From a bacterium (GTDB lineage: Bacteria > SAR324 > NAC60-12), in NCBI GenBank assembly GCA_965209155.1, contig OZ242383.1, positions 2,624,001 through 2,688,000 of the forward strand: a stretch of DNA of 64,000 nucleotides, in the 5' to 3' direction. The notes under the pieces are model-generated. The model did no database searches and was not told where the DNA came from. It was given only the letters and a program-made list of their open reading frames with translations. The position numbers were made by a program, and so were the translations under genes. Of the stretch, positions 9,973-19,512 are shown piece after piece (the first letter of the stretch is position 1; each line of letters opens with the position of its first letter).

Positions 9973-10325
9973 TCTTGATTCACCTATGGGATTAGATTAT
10001 AAAAAAATGCCCCATGGAATCAAGAGAAATAAATTTTATGGGAATATCCAGTTGAAAAATAAGGACGATTTTGGCACATTGAGCAACATGGAGCCGCTGG
10101 ATTTACAAAAAGTGAATGTGGATCTTTGAAACCATTCTGAAGAAAAGGCTGGAAATAGTTTTTCGATTTTGGAAAAAGATGAACGGGTACGAATGCTTAT
10201 TACGCATTCAAAATGCGTCGTTTCGAAGGAGTGTGAGCAATCCGGATGATTTCTCTGCTTGAACGAACAGACCCCGAGCGGCACCACTGTAAAAAACGGT
10301 ACAATCAAAGAGCAAGGGAGGAATT

Positions 10326-11357
10326 ATGAAACTTGGTTTGGCAACTGGAATCGCAGGCTCCAGGGTGCAATTGCCTATAGGAAGCATCCGGGAAGCCGAG
10401 CAACTCGGTTATTCGATTGTCTGGACGGCGGAAGCCTACGGCGGCGATGCGGTAGCGCCGCTGGCCTGGATTGGTGCGCTTACGCAAAAAATTAAACTAG
10501 GCACCGGTATTATGCAAATGCCGGCCCGTACTCCGGCCAACACGGCAATGACGGCCATGACCCTGGACCAACTTTCCGGAGGGAGATTCGTGTTGGGCTT
10601 GGGTTTGTCGGGTCCCCAGGTCGTGGAAGGCTGGCATGGGCAACCCTTTGGTAAGCCCATTGGAAAAACACGGGAGTATGTCCGGATTGTACGTCAGGTC
10701 TTCGAACGGGAACAACCCTTGACCCATCAAGGAGCGCATTACCAGATTCCTTACGAGGGCAATGATGCTACCGGACTGGGAAAACCATTGAAAAGCATAT
10801 TGCACGGAAGAGCTGATTTGCCGATTTACATTGCAGCCATTGGTCCTAAAAACGTAGAGTTGACCGCGGAAATTGCTGATGGATGGCTCCCCGTTTTATT
10901 CGCGCCGCGTCACTACAAATCAGCTTTCAGGGAATGGGTAGAATCCGGGTTGGCCAAGGCGGGGCACTCAAAAAACATGAATGACCTGGACATCGTCAGT
11001 GCGGTCCCGGTTGCGCTGCATAAAGACGTGGTCGAAGCCCGCCAGCGCATAAAACCACAGTTGGCCTTGTATATCGGTGGTATGGGAGCCCGTGGCAGAA
11101 ATTTTTACAACGACCTGGCGTGTCGATATGGATATGAAGCAGCGGCAAAACAAATCCAGGATCTCTACCTGGATGGGAAACGCAAAGAAGCCATCGCCGC
11201 CGTCCCCGACGACCTGGTGGACGATGTCGCATTGTGCGGTCCTGAAGAACGAATTCGGGACCAACTCGAAATGTGGCGTGACAGTCCGGTCACAACGCTG
11301 AACATCGGGCTTGCTTCAGAAGAAACAATGCGGGTGATGGCAGAGTTGGTGTTGTAA
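10326..11357 (+). CDS. LLM-class, probably F420-dependent, oxidoreductase
   Basis: [45 protein letters not shown]. Confidence 0.88.
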   Translation: MKLGLATGIAGSRVQLPIGSIREAEQLGYSIVWTAEAYGGDAVAPLAWIGALTQKIKLGTGIMQMPARTPANTAMTAMTLDQLSGGRFVLGLGLSGPQVVEGWHGQPFGKPIGKTREYVRIVRQVFEREQPLTHQGAHYQIPYEGNDATGLGKPLKSILHGRADLPIYIAAIGPKNVELTAEIADGWLPVLFAPRHYKSAFREWVESGLAKAGHSKNMNDLDIVSAVPVALHKDVVEARQRIKPQLALYIGGMGARGRNFYNDLACRYGYEAAAKQIQDLYLDGKRKEAIAAVPDDLVDDVALCGPEERIRDQLEMWRDSPVTTLNIGLASEETMRVMAELVL

Positions 11358-11385
11358 TCCCAGCAAAAACTTGTTATCTTTTAAT

Positions 11386-11947
11386 TAATCTCATTAAACC
11401 ACCAGCTCTGCTGGTGCGAACCTAATAGGCTTTGCCGGTCAGACATGAGAAACGTATCCGTGTCCGTTAGCCGTGCTCGTGCTTGTGAACGGTCAGTGAA
11501 TTCGACGGCACATTTTGGTTAACATAGAAACAATGTGATGAAGTAACTGTTTCCCTTCGTCAAATAAAGGAGGCTGGATGATCTTCAACACGTTTAAAAC
11601 ATCGAGAATAGCAGCGCATTCCATTGCGGAACCTCGGGCAAATGCATAGAATCGTTGCTTGTCAGGAAAGGAATTTTTTCCACAGCCTTCTGCGATATTG
11701 AGAGGAATCGACCATGAGGCCCTTTTCAGTTGGTCAACTAAGGCTGAGTATCCTTTTGGCAATGTTTCGATGACTTGGACAGATAACGCTAAAAATTCGA
11801 TGGAACATTGGTATACATCGAGTTTTTCATGATCTAACATGGCAGCCTTTTTCGTTCACGAGCACGAGCACGTCTTACGATGACGAACACGTTTTGCCCT
11901 CATATTGGGGGCCTCTTCAAGCCACCGGCTCTGCCATTGGTGATGAC
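11386..11947 (+). mobile_element. IS200/IS605-end element, copy 3 (full length, 562 bp, carries four-helix-bundle gene)
   Basis: TTAAT target, left hairpin, hexamer arm, ORF on the opposite strand, hexamer arm, right hairpin (mutated to GCCATTGG), TGAC end. Confidence 0.88.
11493..11840 (-). CDS. Four-helix-bundle protein (23S rRNA intervening-sequence protein / Avd-like family)
   Basis: HEKLDVYQ, LVDQLKRASWSIPLNIAEG, ARGSAMECAAILD. Confidence 0.9.
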   Translation of the reverse strand: MLDHEKLDVYQCSIEFLALSVQVIETLPKGYSALVDQLKRASWSIPLNIAEGCGKNSFPDKQRFYAFARGSAMECAAILDVLNVLKIIQPPLFDEGKQLLHHIVSMLTKMCRRIH

Positions 11948-12000
11948 TCCGGATTCACGTTATTCCTTGTGATTCTTCATCATTTTCAAAGGACCTCAGT

Positions 12001-12276
12001 ATGACATTCGAAGAATTGACATCCCTTGCCGATCCCAAGCGAATTGAGAATGATCATGCTAAAGCTCTCTGGCATGAAATCCACGGCAATTGGGACAAGG
12101 CGCACAAAATTGTTCAGAACATGAGTACCATGCAGGCCAAATGGATCCACGCTTATTTGCATCGCAAAGAAGGTGACATCGGCAATAGTAAATATTGGTA
12201 TCGTGCCGCAGGGATAGAATATCCCGGTAACCTGGATTATAATAAAGAATTGGAAACCATCTTCGAGGAATTATGA
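12001..12276 (+). CDS. Small conserved hypothetical protein (WDKAH / HAYLHRKEGD / YWY motif family)
   Basis: ORF with a recognisable conserved motif pattern; function unknown. Confidence 0.75.
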   Translation: MTFEELTSLADPKRIENDHAKALWHEIHGNWDKAHKIVQNMSTMQAKWIHAYLHRKEGDIGNSKYWYRAAGIEYPGNLDYNKELETIFEEL

Positions 12277-13398
12277 ACGACTATTTTCGAATGATTCTTG
12301 TCGGTTCAGAGTTTCCTGGTAGATCAGCAACGTTTGCCCGGCAGTTTTCTCTTTAGAAAAGGCTCGCACGAATTGGTGGGCTTCGCGGACCAGGCGCGCA
12401 CGGAGTCCTTGATCACTCAACATTCGTTGAACGGCCTTCGCCAGTCCGGGGATGTCCCCAACTGCCGCGGTTAAAGCGGTCTGGCGATTCCGAGCGATTT
12501 CAGGCAATCCACCCGCGTCCGTGGCGACAACCGGAGTCCCCGCGACGAATGCGTCCAGAACCGTTGTTCCCAATCCCTCGGTTTTACTTGTGAAGAGCAG
12601 GAGGTCGAGTTCCGAGAGGATTGCGGGAGCATCGTTTCGGAAACCGGTTAATATGATGCGCTTTTCCAGCCCTTTTGCTGCCACGCTCTCGCGGATCATT
12701 CGTTCCTCACCAGCGTCTCCTCCGACAATGAAAAAGGTCGCATCCAGCCCGTCTTGCAGTAATCGACCGGCAACCTCGACAAAGGTCCGATAATCTTTGT
12801 GCCCGGCAATTGCGGAGACGTTGCCGATCAGGTAGTGATGTTGAGGGACCTGGAATTCGCTGCGTAAAGCAGGTTTAAAACCTGAAGAAAATTTCTCGAG
12901 ATCCACTCCGGAATGGACTACCTCGAGACGGTCCGAATCATGGACTACAGGATTCATCATGTCTGCGATGAAACGGGAAACGCACAGGATGGCATGTACG
13001 CTCGCATGATTGTATTTCCAACGTGAAACCACATTCTGACCAACCGGAACGTCGACCCGTCGACTGACGATGGCAGGGACTGAATTCCCGAGCAAACTTG
13101 CTGAAAGAACGATGATGGAATGAGCATGAGAATCATGGGCATGTATCAACTCGATCCCGAGGCCTCTACAAAGTCGTTTGAGCGTCAATGCGCCTCGGAG
13201 ATCGAATGGTAATCGTTTTTGCAAACCATGATGCGGAATCCCTCGGGAGCGAAAATAGCGCTTTGTTGCCGAATCTATGGGAGAAAGAACCCATTGTTCA
13301 ACCCCATATCCAGAAAGCTCCTCAACCAGGTAGGCGATTTGTTGTTCACCGCCACGCCAGGTTTTCGCTGTTGAGATATGAACCACCTTCATCGGCAT
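12271..13398 (-). CDS. Glycosyltransferase family 4
   Basis: WRGGEQQ, HAHDSH, EGLGTTVLDA, PVVATDAGG. Confidence 0.9.
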   Translation of the reverse strand: MPMKVVHISTAKTWRGGEQQIAYLVEELSGYGVEQWVLSPIDSATKRYFRSRGIPHHGLQKRLPFDLRGALTLKRLCRGLGIELIHAHDSHAHSIIVLSASLLGNSVPAIVSRRVDVPVGQNVVSRWKYNHASVHAILCVSRFIADMMNPVVHDSDRLEVVHSGVDLEKFSSGFKPALRSEFQVPQHHYLIGNVSAIAGHKDYRTFVEVAGRLLQDGLDATFFIVGGDAGEERMIRESVAAKGLEKRIILTGFRNDAPAILSELDLLLFTSKTEGLGTTVLDAFVAGTPVVATDAGGLPEIARNRQTALTAAVGDIPGLAKAVQRMLSDQGLRARLVREAHQFVRAFSKEKTAGQTLLIYQETLNRQESFENSRS

Positions 13399-13426
13399 AA
13401 AATGAATGGCAGCTTGAGAATTCCAA

Positions 13427-13899
13427 GCTCGTGCTCGTGAACGGTCAGTGAATTCGACGGCACATTTTGGTTAACATAGAAACAATGCGATGAAGTAACT
13501 GTTTCCCTTCGTCAAATAAAGGAGGCTGGATGATCTTCAACACGTTTAAAACATCGAGAATAACAGCGCATTCCATTGCGGAACCTCGGTCAAATGCATA
13601 GAATCGTTGCTTGTCAGGAAAGGAATTTTTTCCACAGCCTTCTGCGATATTGAGAGGAATCGACCATGAGGCCCTTTTCAGTTGGTCAACTAAGGCTGAG
13701 TATCCTTTTGGCAATGTTTCGATGACTTGGACAGATAACGCTAAAAATTCGATGGAACATTGGTATACATCGAGTTTTTCATGATCTAACATGGCAGCCT
13801 TTTTCGTTCACGAGCACGAGCACGTCTTACGATGACGAACACGTTTTGCCCTCATACTGGGGGCCTCTTCAAGCCACCGGCTCGGCCGGTGGTGATGAC
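13427..13899 (+). mobile_element. IS200/IS605-end element, copy 4 (left end missing, ORF and right end present)
   Basis: Homology starts within the left hexamer arm (GCTCGTGCTCGTGAACG) and ends GGTGATGAC. Confidence 0.85.
13445..13792 (-). CDS. Four-helix-bundle protein, second copy
   Basis: 3 aa differences from 11493-11840. Confidence 0.88.
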   Translation of the reverse strand: MLDHEKLDVYQCSIEFLALSVQVIETLPKGYSALVDQLKRASWSIPLNIAEGCGKNSFPDKQRFYAFDRGSAMECAVILDVLNVLKIIQPPLFDEGKQLLHRIVSMLTKMCRRIH

Positions 13900-14035
13900 T
13901 TATAATATCAATCATTTAATAATTATGATGCGTCATGCTGGTTCCGGAAGAACCGGTATCCAAACTATCGCCCGTATTCCCTTGGATTCCTGGTCAAGCC
14001 AGGAATGAGACGATATTTAACACCTGGTTCACGTA
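13900..14035. repeat. REP/BIME-like module
   Basis: Core at 13983-14009; same AT-rich lead as at 1305. Confidence 0.78.
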
Positions 14036-14038
14036 TTT

Positions 14039-14851
14039 TTAATAGACGGCCTGAACTGCGGGTTCCTTTTTGATTGGCGCCGGGACACCGATCAATTCGC
14101 GCATGCGACTCACCGTCTTTTCGGCAGCACCGGCCATGATCCGCACGTCGTTGCTGATGGTGACGAAACGAAACCCTTTTTCAATCATGCGCATCGCGTA
14201 TTCCGGTGTTCCATTGTGAAGACCTGGTAGTACCCCATGTTCCAAAGACTTGCGTACGATCAAATCAATGGCTTCCACGACGGGTTTTTCGTCCTGGTCC
14301 AACTTGGGAGTACATCCCAACGAATTCGAAAGATCAGCAGGGCCGACATAAATGGCTTTCAGTCCCTCAACCCTCAGAATTTCATCCAGGTTGTCCAGCG
14401 CTTGTTTGGTTTCGATCATGGCAAAGGGAATGATTTCGTCATTGGCTTTCTTGGCGTAATCGTCACCTCCATAGATCATAGCGCGGATTGGTCCAAAGCT
14501 GCGCTGCCCGACCGGAGGGTAATAACAGGCTTCTAAAAATCGTTCCGCATCTTCCCTTCTATTGACCATGGGGCAGATCACACCCATCACCCCGGCATCC
14601 AACATTCTCATGATGATTCCAGGCTCCAACCAAGGCACCCGCGCCAGGGGTATGGTCGGGGTCGTTGAAATAGCCTGAAGCATGGCGATCCCTACTTGAT
14701 AATCCGCTACGCCGTGTTGCAGGTCAATGGTGAGGGAATCCCAACCCTGGTGGGTCATCAATTCAGCAGAAAAGGAGCTGGGGATGGCCAACCAGCCATT
14801 CACCGTCGGTTTTTGTTTTTTCCAATTTTCCCAAATTGTGTTTTTTCGCAT
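14039..14851 (-). CDS. HpcH/HpaI aldolase family protein
   Basis: IDLQHG, LDAGVMGVICPMV, YPPVGQRSFG, MIET, YVGPADL. Confidence 0.92.
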   Translation of the reverse strand: MRKNTIWENWKKQKPTVNGWLAIPSSFSAELMTHQGWDSLTIDLQHGVADYQVGIAMLQAISTTPTIPLARVPWLEPGIIMRMLDAGVMGVICPMVNRREDAERFLEACYYPPVGQRSFGPIRAMIYGGDDYAKKANDEIIPFAMIETKQALDNLDEILRVEGLKAIYVGPADLSNSLGCTPKLDQDEKPVVEAIDLIVRKSLEHGVLPGLHNGTPEYAMRMIEKGFRFVTISNDVRIMAGAAEKTVSRMRELIGVPAPIKKEPAVQAVY

Positions 14852-15047
14852 AATAGATCTTTCTTCTTTTTTTGTTTGGTTGTCATTCAGAGCAAAGGTC
14901 TTTTCTCTCGAAAATTCCCTGAGCTATTGATTCGAAAACCCTTGGTTGTTTCGGATTCCCCGAGTCAATCCTTTTTCAACGATGGGTTGTTCATATTGAA
15001 ACATCGGAGGGACTTATCAAGTTTTTTTGATGATTCTACCTCTAAGA

Positions 15048-16217
15048 TCACAGGAGGGATTTTAAGCCTTGAACCAATCGTCCGATTCCTTCCGCAACAG
15101 TTTCTTTTTCCAAGGCTCCATAGGAAACGCGCAAGTAGCATCCTTTCTCCAAACCAAAGGCGGTTCCGGGGATAACGGCCACCTTGTGTTCTCGAATGAG
15201 CCGGTGCGCCAGTTCCATGGAGTGATAGGATCCCTGCACTTTGATTAAGAAGTAAAAAGCTCCCCGGGTTTCGGGAACCTGAATCAGCCCTTGTAATGGA
15301 GTCAATTTATCCAGGACCAAAGAGCGGACCTCTGCCAGGGATTCCAAGTATGGAGTGCAGAAACTCGCACCCACTTGCAGGACTCCAACCGCCGCATATT
15401 GACAAAGGACAGGAGGACAAATCAGAATCGTATCCTGAATTTTCTTGACAGCAGACATTAAATGTTGCGGGATCACCATATAACCAATGCGCCAACCGGC
15501 AAAGCCATATGCTTTCGACAGGGAATAGAGCGAAATCGTGTAGTTCCCTGAATTTTCGAGCGATCCCGGAGAGAAATGTTCAACGCCCTCGTAAGTGAAA
15601 TACTCATAAGCTTCATCGCTGATATGATAAATGCTGCGGGCTTTACAAATTTCATTGACGGCAGTCAATACCTCCCGGGGATAGACGGCGCCCGTCGGAT
15701 TGTTTGGGGAAACCGTCACCAACGCCCGGGTTTTAGAAGTGATCGCCGCCCGGATTTGATCGGGTTGCAACTGGTATTGATCGTCAGTCGGCACCAAGAC
15801 GGGTTTGCAACCGGCCATAGTAATCGCCATCTCATGGTTGAAGTAATAAGGAGATTGGAGAATGATTTCATCCCCCGGACTGGTTATGGCCAGGACTGCA
15901 TTGATGAAACCCATATTGCCCCCTGCGGTCACAACAACCTGATATTGAGGTGAGAGGTCGATTCCATTTTCCACTTGCAGCTTTTGCGCGATTAATGAAC
16001 GCAGTGGTTCCACTCCCTCGACGGCTTTATACTTGTGAATTTCAAAATCCTGCAGTGCCTGCTGCATGGATTGGATGGCCTGGACCGGCGGACTGTAGTG
16101 TACCACTCCCTGCCCCAGGGAGATGGTGCCCGGGACTTGCCGAATCCATTCCCCGACAACGGGAATGATGGGAGTTTGTACGGCTTGAATCCGTTCTGCT
16201 TCTCTCATGCTTCCCAT
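15048..16217 (-). CDS. PLP-dependent aminotransferase class I/II
   Basis: SPNNPTG, SDEAY, SLSKAYGFAGWRIG. Confidence 0.93.
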   Translation of the reverse strand: MGSMREAERIQAVQTPIIPVVGEWIRQVPGTISLGQGVVHYSPPVQAIQSMQQALQDFEIHKYKAVEGVEPLRSLIAQKLQVENGIDLSPQYQVVVTAGGNMGFINAVLAITSPGDEIILQSPYYFNHEMAITMAGCKPVLVPTDDQYQLQPDQIRAAITSKTRALVTVSPNNPTGAVYPREVLTAVNEICKARSIYHISDEAYEYFTYEGVEHFSPGSLENSGNYTISLYSLSKAYGFAGWRIGYMVIPQHLMSAVKKIQDTILICPPVLCQYAAVGVLQVGASFCTPYLESLAEVRSLVLDKLTPLQGLIQVPETRGAFYFLIKVQGSYHSMELAHRLIREHKVAVIPGTAFGLEKGCYLRVSYGALEKETVAEGIGRLVQGLKSLL

Positions 16218-16410
16218 AATGGACTTCCTGACTGGGCTTCCGGTATTTACCGGAATTTGGAATCGGCGTTCAGTTCCCGATAAAGATGCTTCATTTGTTA
16301 AAAACGTTCAATCATTAAATGTGAATTTTCATCGGATTGGTTTTAAAGGCGACGCGATAAGAAATCTTGCAAAGTGAAAGCTGACCGCGTAACTTTTCAG
16401 ATTGCTCTAA

Positions 16411-16615
16411 GTCATCACCACCGGCAGAGCCGGTGGCTTGAAGAGGCCCCCAGTATGAGGGCAAAACGTGTTCGTCATCGTAAGACGTGCTCGTGCTCGT
16501 GAACGAAAAAGGCTGCCATCACGAGCACGGCTAACGGACACGGATACGTTTCTCATGTCTGACCGGCAAAGCCTATTAGGTTCGCACCAGCAGAGCTGGT
16601 GGTTTAATGAGATTA
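16411..16615 (-). mobile_element. IS200/IS605-end element, copy 5 (ORF-less, 205 bp, inverted)
   Basis: Reverse complement of copy 2 with the same deletion junction. Confidence 0.87.
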
Positions 16616-16653
16616 ATTCGGGTGAATCAATATATGCTGTGGCACAAAATTCT

Positions 16654-17586
16654 ATGGAATCAAACATCATTCAAGTGAAAAACGTCAAAAAGAGTTATGG
16701 CTCGCTGAAAGCCGTCGATGACATCAGCTTCGACGTTCCAAAATATTCTTGCTTTGGGTTTTTGGGACCCAATGGGGCGGGAAAGACGACATTGATTAAA
16801 ATACTATATGGTAAATCATATCCCGATCAGAATCCTGCGGGTGAAGTTACAGTCTTCGGACTGGACCCTCAAAAAGAAAGTTTGAATGTGAGATCCATCT
16901 CCAGCGTGGTGCCTCAAGAGGACAACTTGGATGGTGATTTGAATGTTGCCGAAAACCTTGTGGTTTATGCGAAATTCTATGGCATTCCGCATAGACTGGC
17001 AAAAGTCAGGATTAAAGAATTGTTGCAATTCATGGAGTTGTCGGAAAAGCAAAAATCCCGGGTGATAGAGCTTTCTGGTGGCATGAAACGTCGACTCTCC
17101 ATTGCTCGCGCTCTTCTGCATCATCCCAGATTATTGATTTTGGATGAACCCACTACGGGGTTGGACCCCCAAGTGCGACACATGATATGGGCCAAATTGA
17201 GGCAACTGAAAGCCGAAGGCACCACGATTCTTTTGTCAACCCACTACATGGAAGAAGCATTTCAAATCTGTGATCGCATCCTCATCATGGATAAAGGGAA
17301 AAAAATGATGGAAGGGGCGCCAAAAAATTTGTTGGCTGAACACATAGAACAATTTGTCATTGAAACCGTTAAATTTGATAAAAAACAAATCGCGACACTG
17401 CCTTTTGATCGAAATCGCATCCGCAGTGACTACTCCCACCAGATGCCCGTTTATTATTCAAACGACTTGAATGCCTTGAAAGAATTGGAGAATTATTTGA
17501 TCCCTGGAAATTACCAACTGCGACATTCCAATTTGGAAGATTTATTTCTCAAAACAACGGGAAGGAATCTCAATGAACAACAATAA
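16654..17586 (+). CDS. ABC transporter ATP-binding protein (NodI/DrrA-like)
   Basis: GPNGAGKT, LSGGMKRR, LDEPTTGLD. Start reassigned to ATG 16654 because the upstream extension lies in the repeat element. Confidence 0.9.
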   Translation: MESNIIQVKNVKKSYGSLKAVDDISFDVPKYSCFGFLGPNGAGKTTLIKILYGKSYPDQNPAGEVTVFGLDPQKESLNVRSISSVVPQEDNLDGDLNVAENLVVYAKFYGIPHRLAKVRIKELLQFMELSEKQKSRVIELSGGMKRRLSIARALLHHPRLLILDEPTTGLDPQVRHMIWAKLRQLKAEGTTILLSTHYMEEAFQICDRILIMDKGKKMMEGAPKNLLAEHIEQFVIETVKFDKKQIATLPFDRNRIRSDYSHQMPVYYSNDLNALKELENYLIPGNYQLRHSNLEDLFLKTTGRNLNEQQ

Positions 17587-18349
17587 TCCTCCTTCGTTTT
17601 TTTCGAGGATATTCAGTGTCTGGTATCGTCATGCCTTGGTATACACTCGTTATTTTTTCAGTAACTCATTTCCGGTCTTGATCGATCCTTTGATTTTTTT
17701 AGGCGGACTTGGCTTGGGACTTGGGTCCTACATTGTATTGAGTGACGGTCATCCTTACATTGAATTCCTGGTTCCGGGAATGATTCTGGTGCCGTCCATG
17801 TTCGCCGCCGCATTCGAATGTTCATTCGGAACATATTCGCGTATGGAATATCAAAAACTCTATGACGGCATGCTGGGAACGCCTTTGACCGTGAATAATA
17901 TCCTGATGGGGGAGCTTCTTTGGATCGGTACAAAGGGGATGTTCATTTCATTCATGATCATGATCGCGTTGGTTTTGTTAGGAGTCGTGCCTTTGTCCTC
18001 TTACTTCATTACGCCGATTGTCGGTTTTTTTACCGGAGTTTTGTTTGGTTCTTTAACGCTTTTGTACACATCCTATGTCAAGACCCTCAATCACCTCAAT
18101 TTCGTCATGACCGGCATCGTCTTCTTTTTCATGGTATCCGGCGTCGTCTTTCCGCTCGATAACGTTCCCCGCGTCATCGGTTATTTGGCAGAAATTTCTC
18201 CTTTGACCCACCTGGTTCGTTGGGTGCGTGCCTTGATATCCGGGAAATTCGAGCTTCACTTATTTTGGGGAATCTTGTATTGTCTCTTGGTTTTTTCGGT
18301 GGCGAGTACTCTGGCAATAAAACGTTTTAGCCGGAGATGGATTGTTTAA
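17573..18349 (+). CDS. ABC-2 permease (NodJ-like)
   Basis: About six hydrophobic segments, SGVVFP, PLTH; overlaps the ATPase stop. Confidence 0.88.
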   Translation: MNNNNPPSFFSRIFSVWYRHALVYTRYFFSNSFPVLIDPLIFLGGLGLGLGSYIVLSDGHPYIEFLVPGMILVPSMFAAAFECSFGTYSRMEYQKLYDGMLGTPLTVNNILMGELLWIGTKGMFISFMIMIALVLLGVVPLSSYFITPIVGFFTGVLFGSLTLLYTSYVKTLNHLNFVMTGIVFFFMVSGVVFPLDNVPRVIGYLAEISPLTHLVRWVRALISGKFELHLFWGILYCLLVFSVASTLAIKRFSRRWIV

Positions 18350-18473
18350 ATGGTTGGATCGAGTCTGCTTTCCGGGAGAAATGCTCTTGTTTTTTTTAAA
18401 CCGTTGGTTTGAAATAGAGACTTGATTTAAAGGAAACACCTGCCCTCCTTGCCACGCGGAACCGGGAAATTGA

Positions 18474-19502
18474 ATGATTGACGTCGCCATAATCGGAGCA
18501 GCCGGCTTGTCCGGTTTGGAATTGATCAGGTTGTTGATAAAACACCCTCGAGTGAGGCTGGAAGTGCTCACTTCGGGGAAATACGCAGGGCAAAGTCTGT
18601 CAGAATATTTTCCTCAATTTATAGGATCGTCTCTTCGATTTACAGACCATGAGGCAGGTGCCGCAGGGTGTGATGTGGCTTTTTTGGCCATTCCCAACGA
18701 AGCCAGTCTGGAAATGGTTCCCCGGCTGTTGCATCGAGGAGTGCGGGTAGTGGATTTGTCCGGGGTCTATCGATTGCGGGACGTGACGGTCTTTGAGCAA
18801 TTTTATAACTTGAGACACACATCACCCGGGTTGCTCAGCGAAGCGGTTTTTGGTCTCCCTGAATATTTCAGGAAACAGATTTCCGGCGCGCGTCTCGTGG
18901 CCAATCCGGGATGTTATCCCACAGGCGCGCTGCTGGGAATACTTCCTTTTGGAAACCTCGTGGAAGCCTTGGATCGCCCTCCTGTGATTGACGCCAAATC
19001 CGGAGTGAGCGGGGCAGGCGGAAGAGTGGAAGACGAAACGACCAATTATGTTAATGTCAATGAAAATTTCAAAGCCTACAAGGTTTTCCGGCATCAACAT
19101 CTTCCTGAAATAGAACAGTATTTGCAGGATTGCGCTCCGTATAACGCAGGGAGACTAGGAACCGTTTTGTTCACCACGCATTTGCTGCCACTCACCCGCG
19201 GAATTTTAAGCACCATTTACTTACACTTCGATGAAGCGCTTTCAGCGGATCAAGTGCAGGGTCAATTCGAAAGCGTTGCGCAGCAGAATCCCTTCTTCCG
19301 TGTATTACCAAGAGGTCGGTTCCCTGAATTGAACATGGTGCAAGGTTCAAACCGCTGCCTGGTGGGACTGGATTGTGACGCTTCTCGGAAAAGCTGGATC
19401 GTCATCACGGCGATTGACAATTTGCTCAAAGGCGCAGCCGGACAAGCTCTTCAAAATATGAACCTGATGTTCGGTTTCGAGGAAACGAGTGGTTTGATTT
19501 AG
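18474..19502 (+). CDS. argC: N-acetyl-gamma-glutamyl-phosphate reductase
   Basis: VANPGCYPT, DAKSGVSGAG, IDNLLKGAAGQA. Confidence 0.96.
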   Translation: MIDVAIIGAAGLSGLELIRLLIKHPRVRLEVLTSGKYAGQSLSEYFPQFIGSSLRFTDHEAGAAGCDVAFLAIPNEASLEMVPRLLHRGVRVVDLSGVYRLRDVTVFEQFYNLRHTSPGLLSEAVFGLPEYFRKQISGARLVANPGCYPTGALLGILPFGNLVEALDRPPVIDAKSGVSGAGGRVEDETTNYVNVNENFKAYKVFRHQHLPEIEQYLQDCAPYNAGRLGTVLFTTHLLPLTRGILSTIYLHFDEALSADQVQGQFESVAQQNPFFRVLPRGRFPELNMVQGSNRCLVGLDCDASRKSWIVITAIDNLLKGAAGQALQNMNLMFGFEETSGLI

Positions 19503-19512
19503 GGTCATGACT

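Noticed and set aside
9827..10129. 100-aa ORF and its twin at 16407-16670 (MRDVSVSVSRAR...)
   Set aside because: They are translations of the repeat element running into unrelated flanks
11493..11840. Diversity-generating retroelement suggested by Avd-like genes
   Set aside because: No reverse transcriptase in the window, and differences among the duplicated sequences (cargo copies, SDR 3' ends) are not adenine-specific
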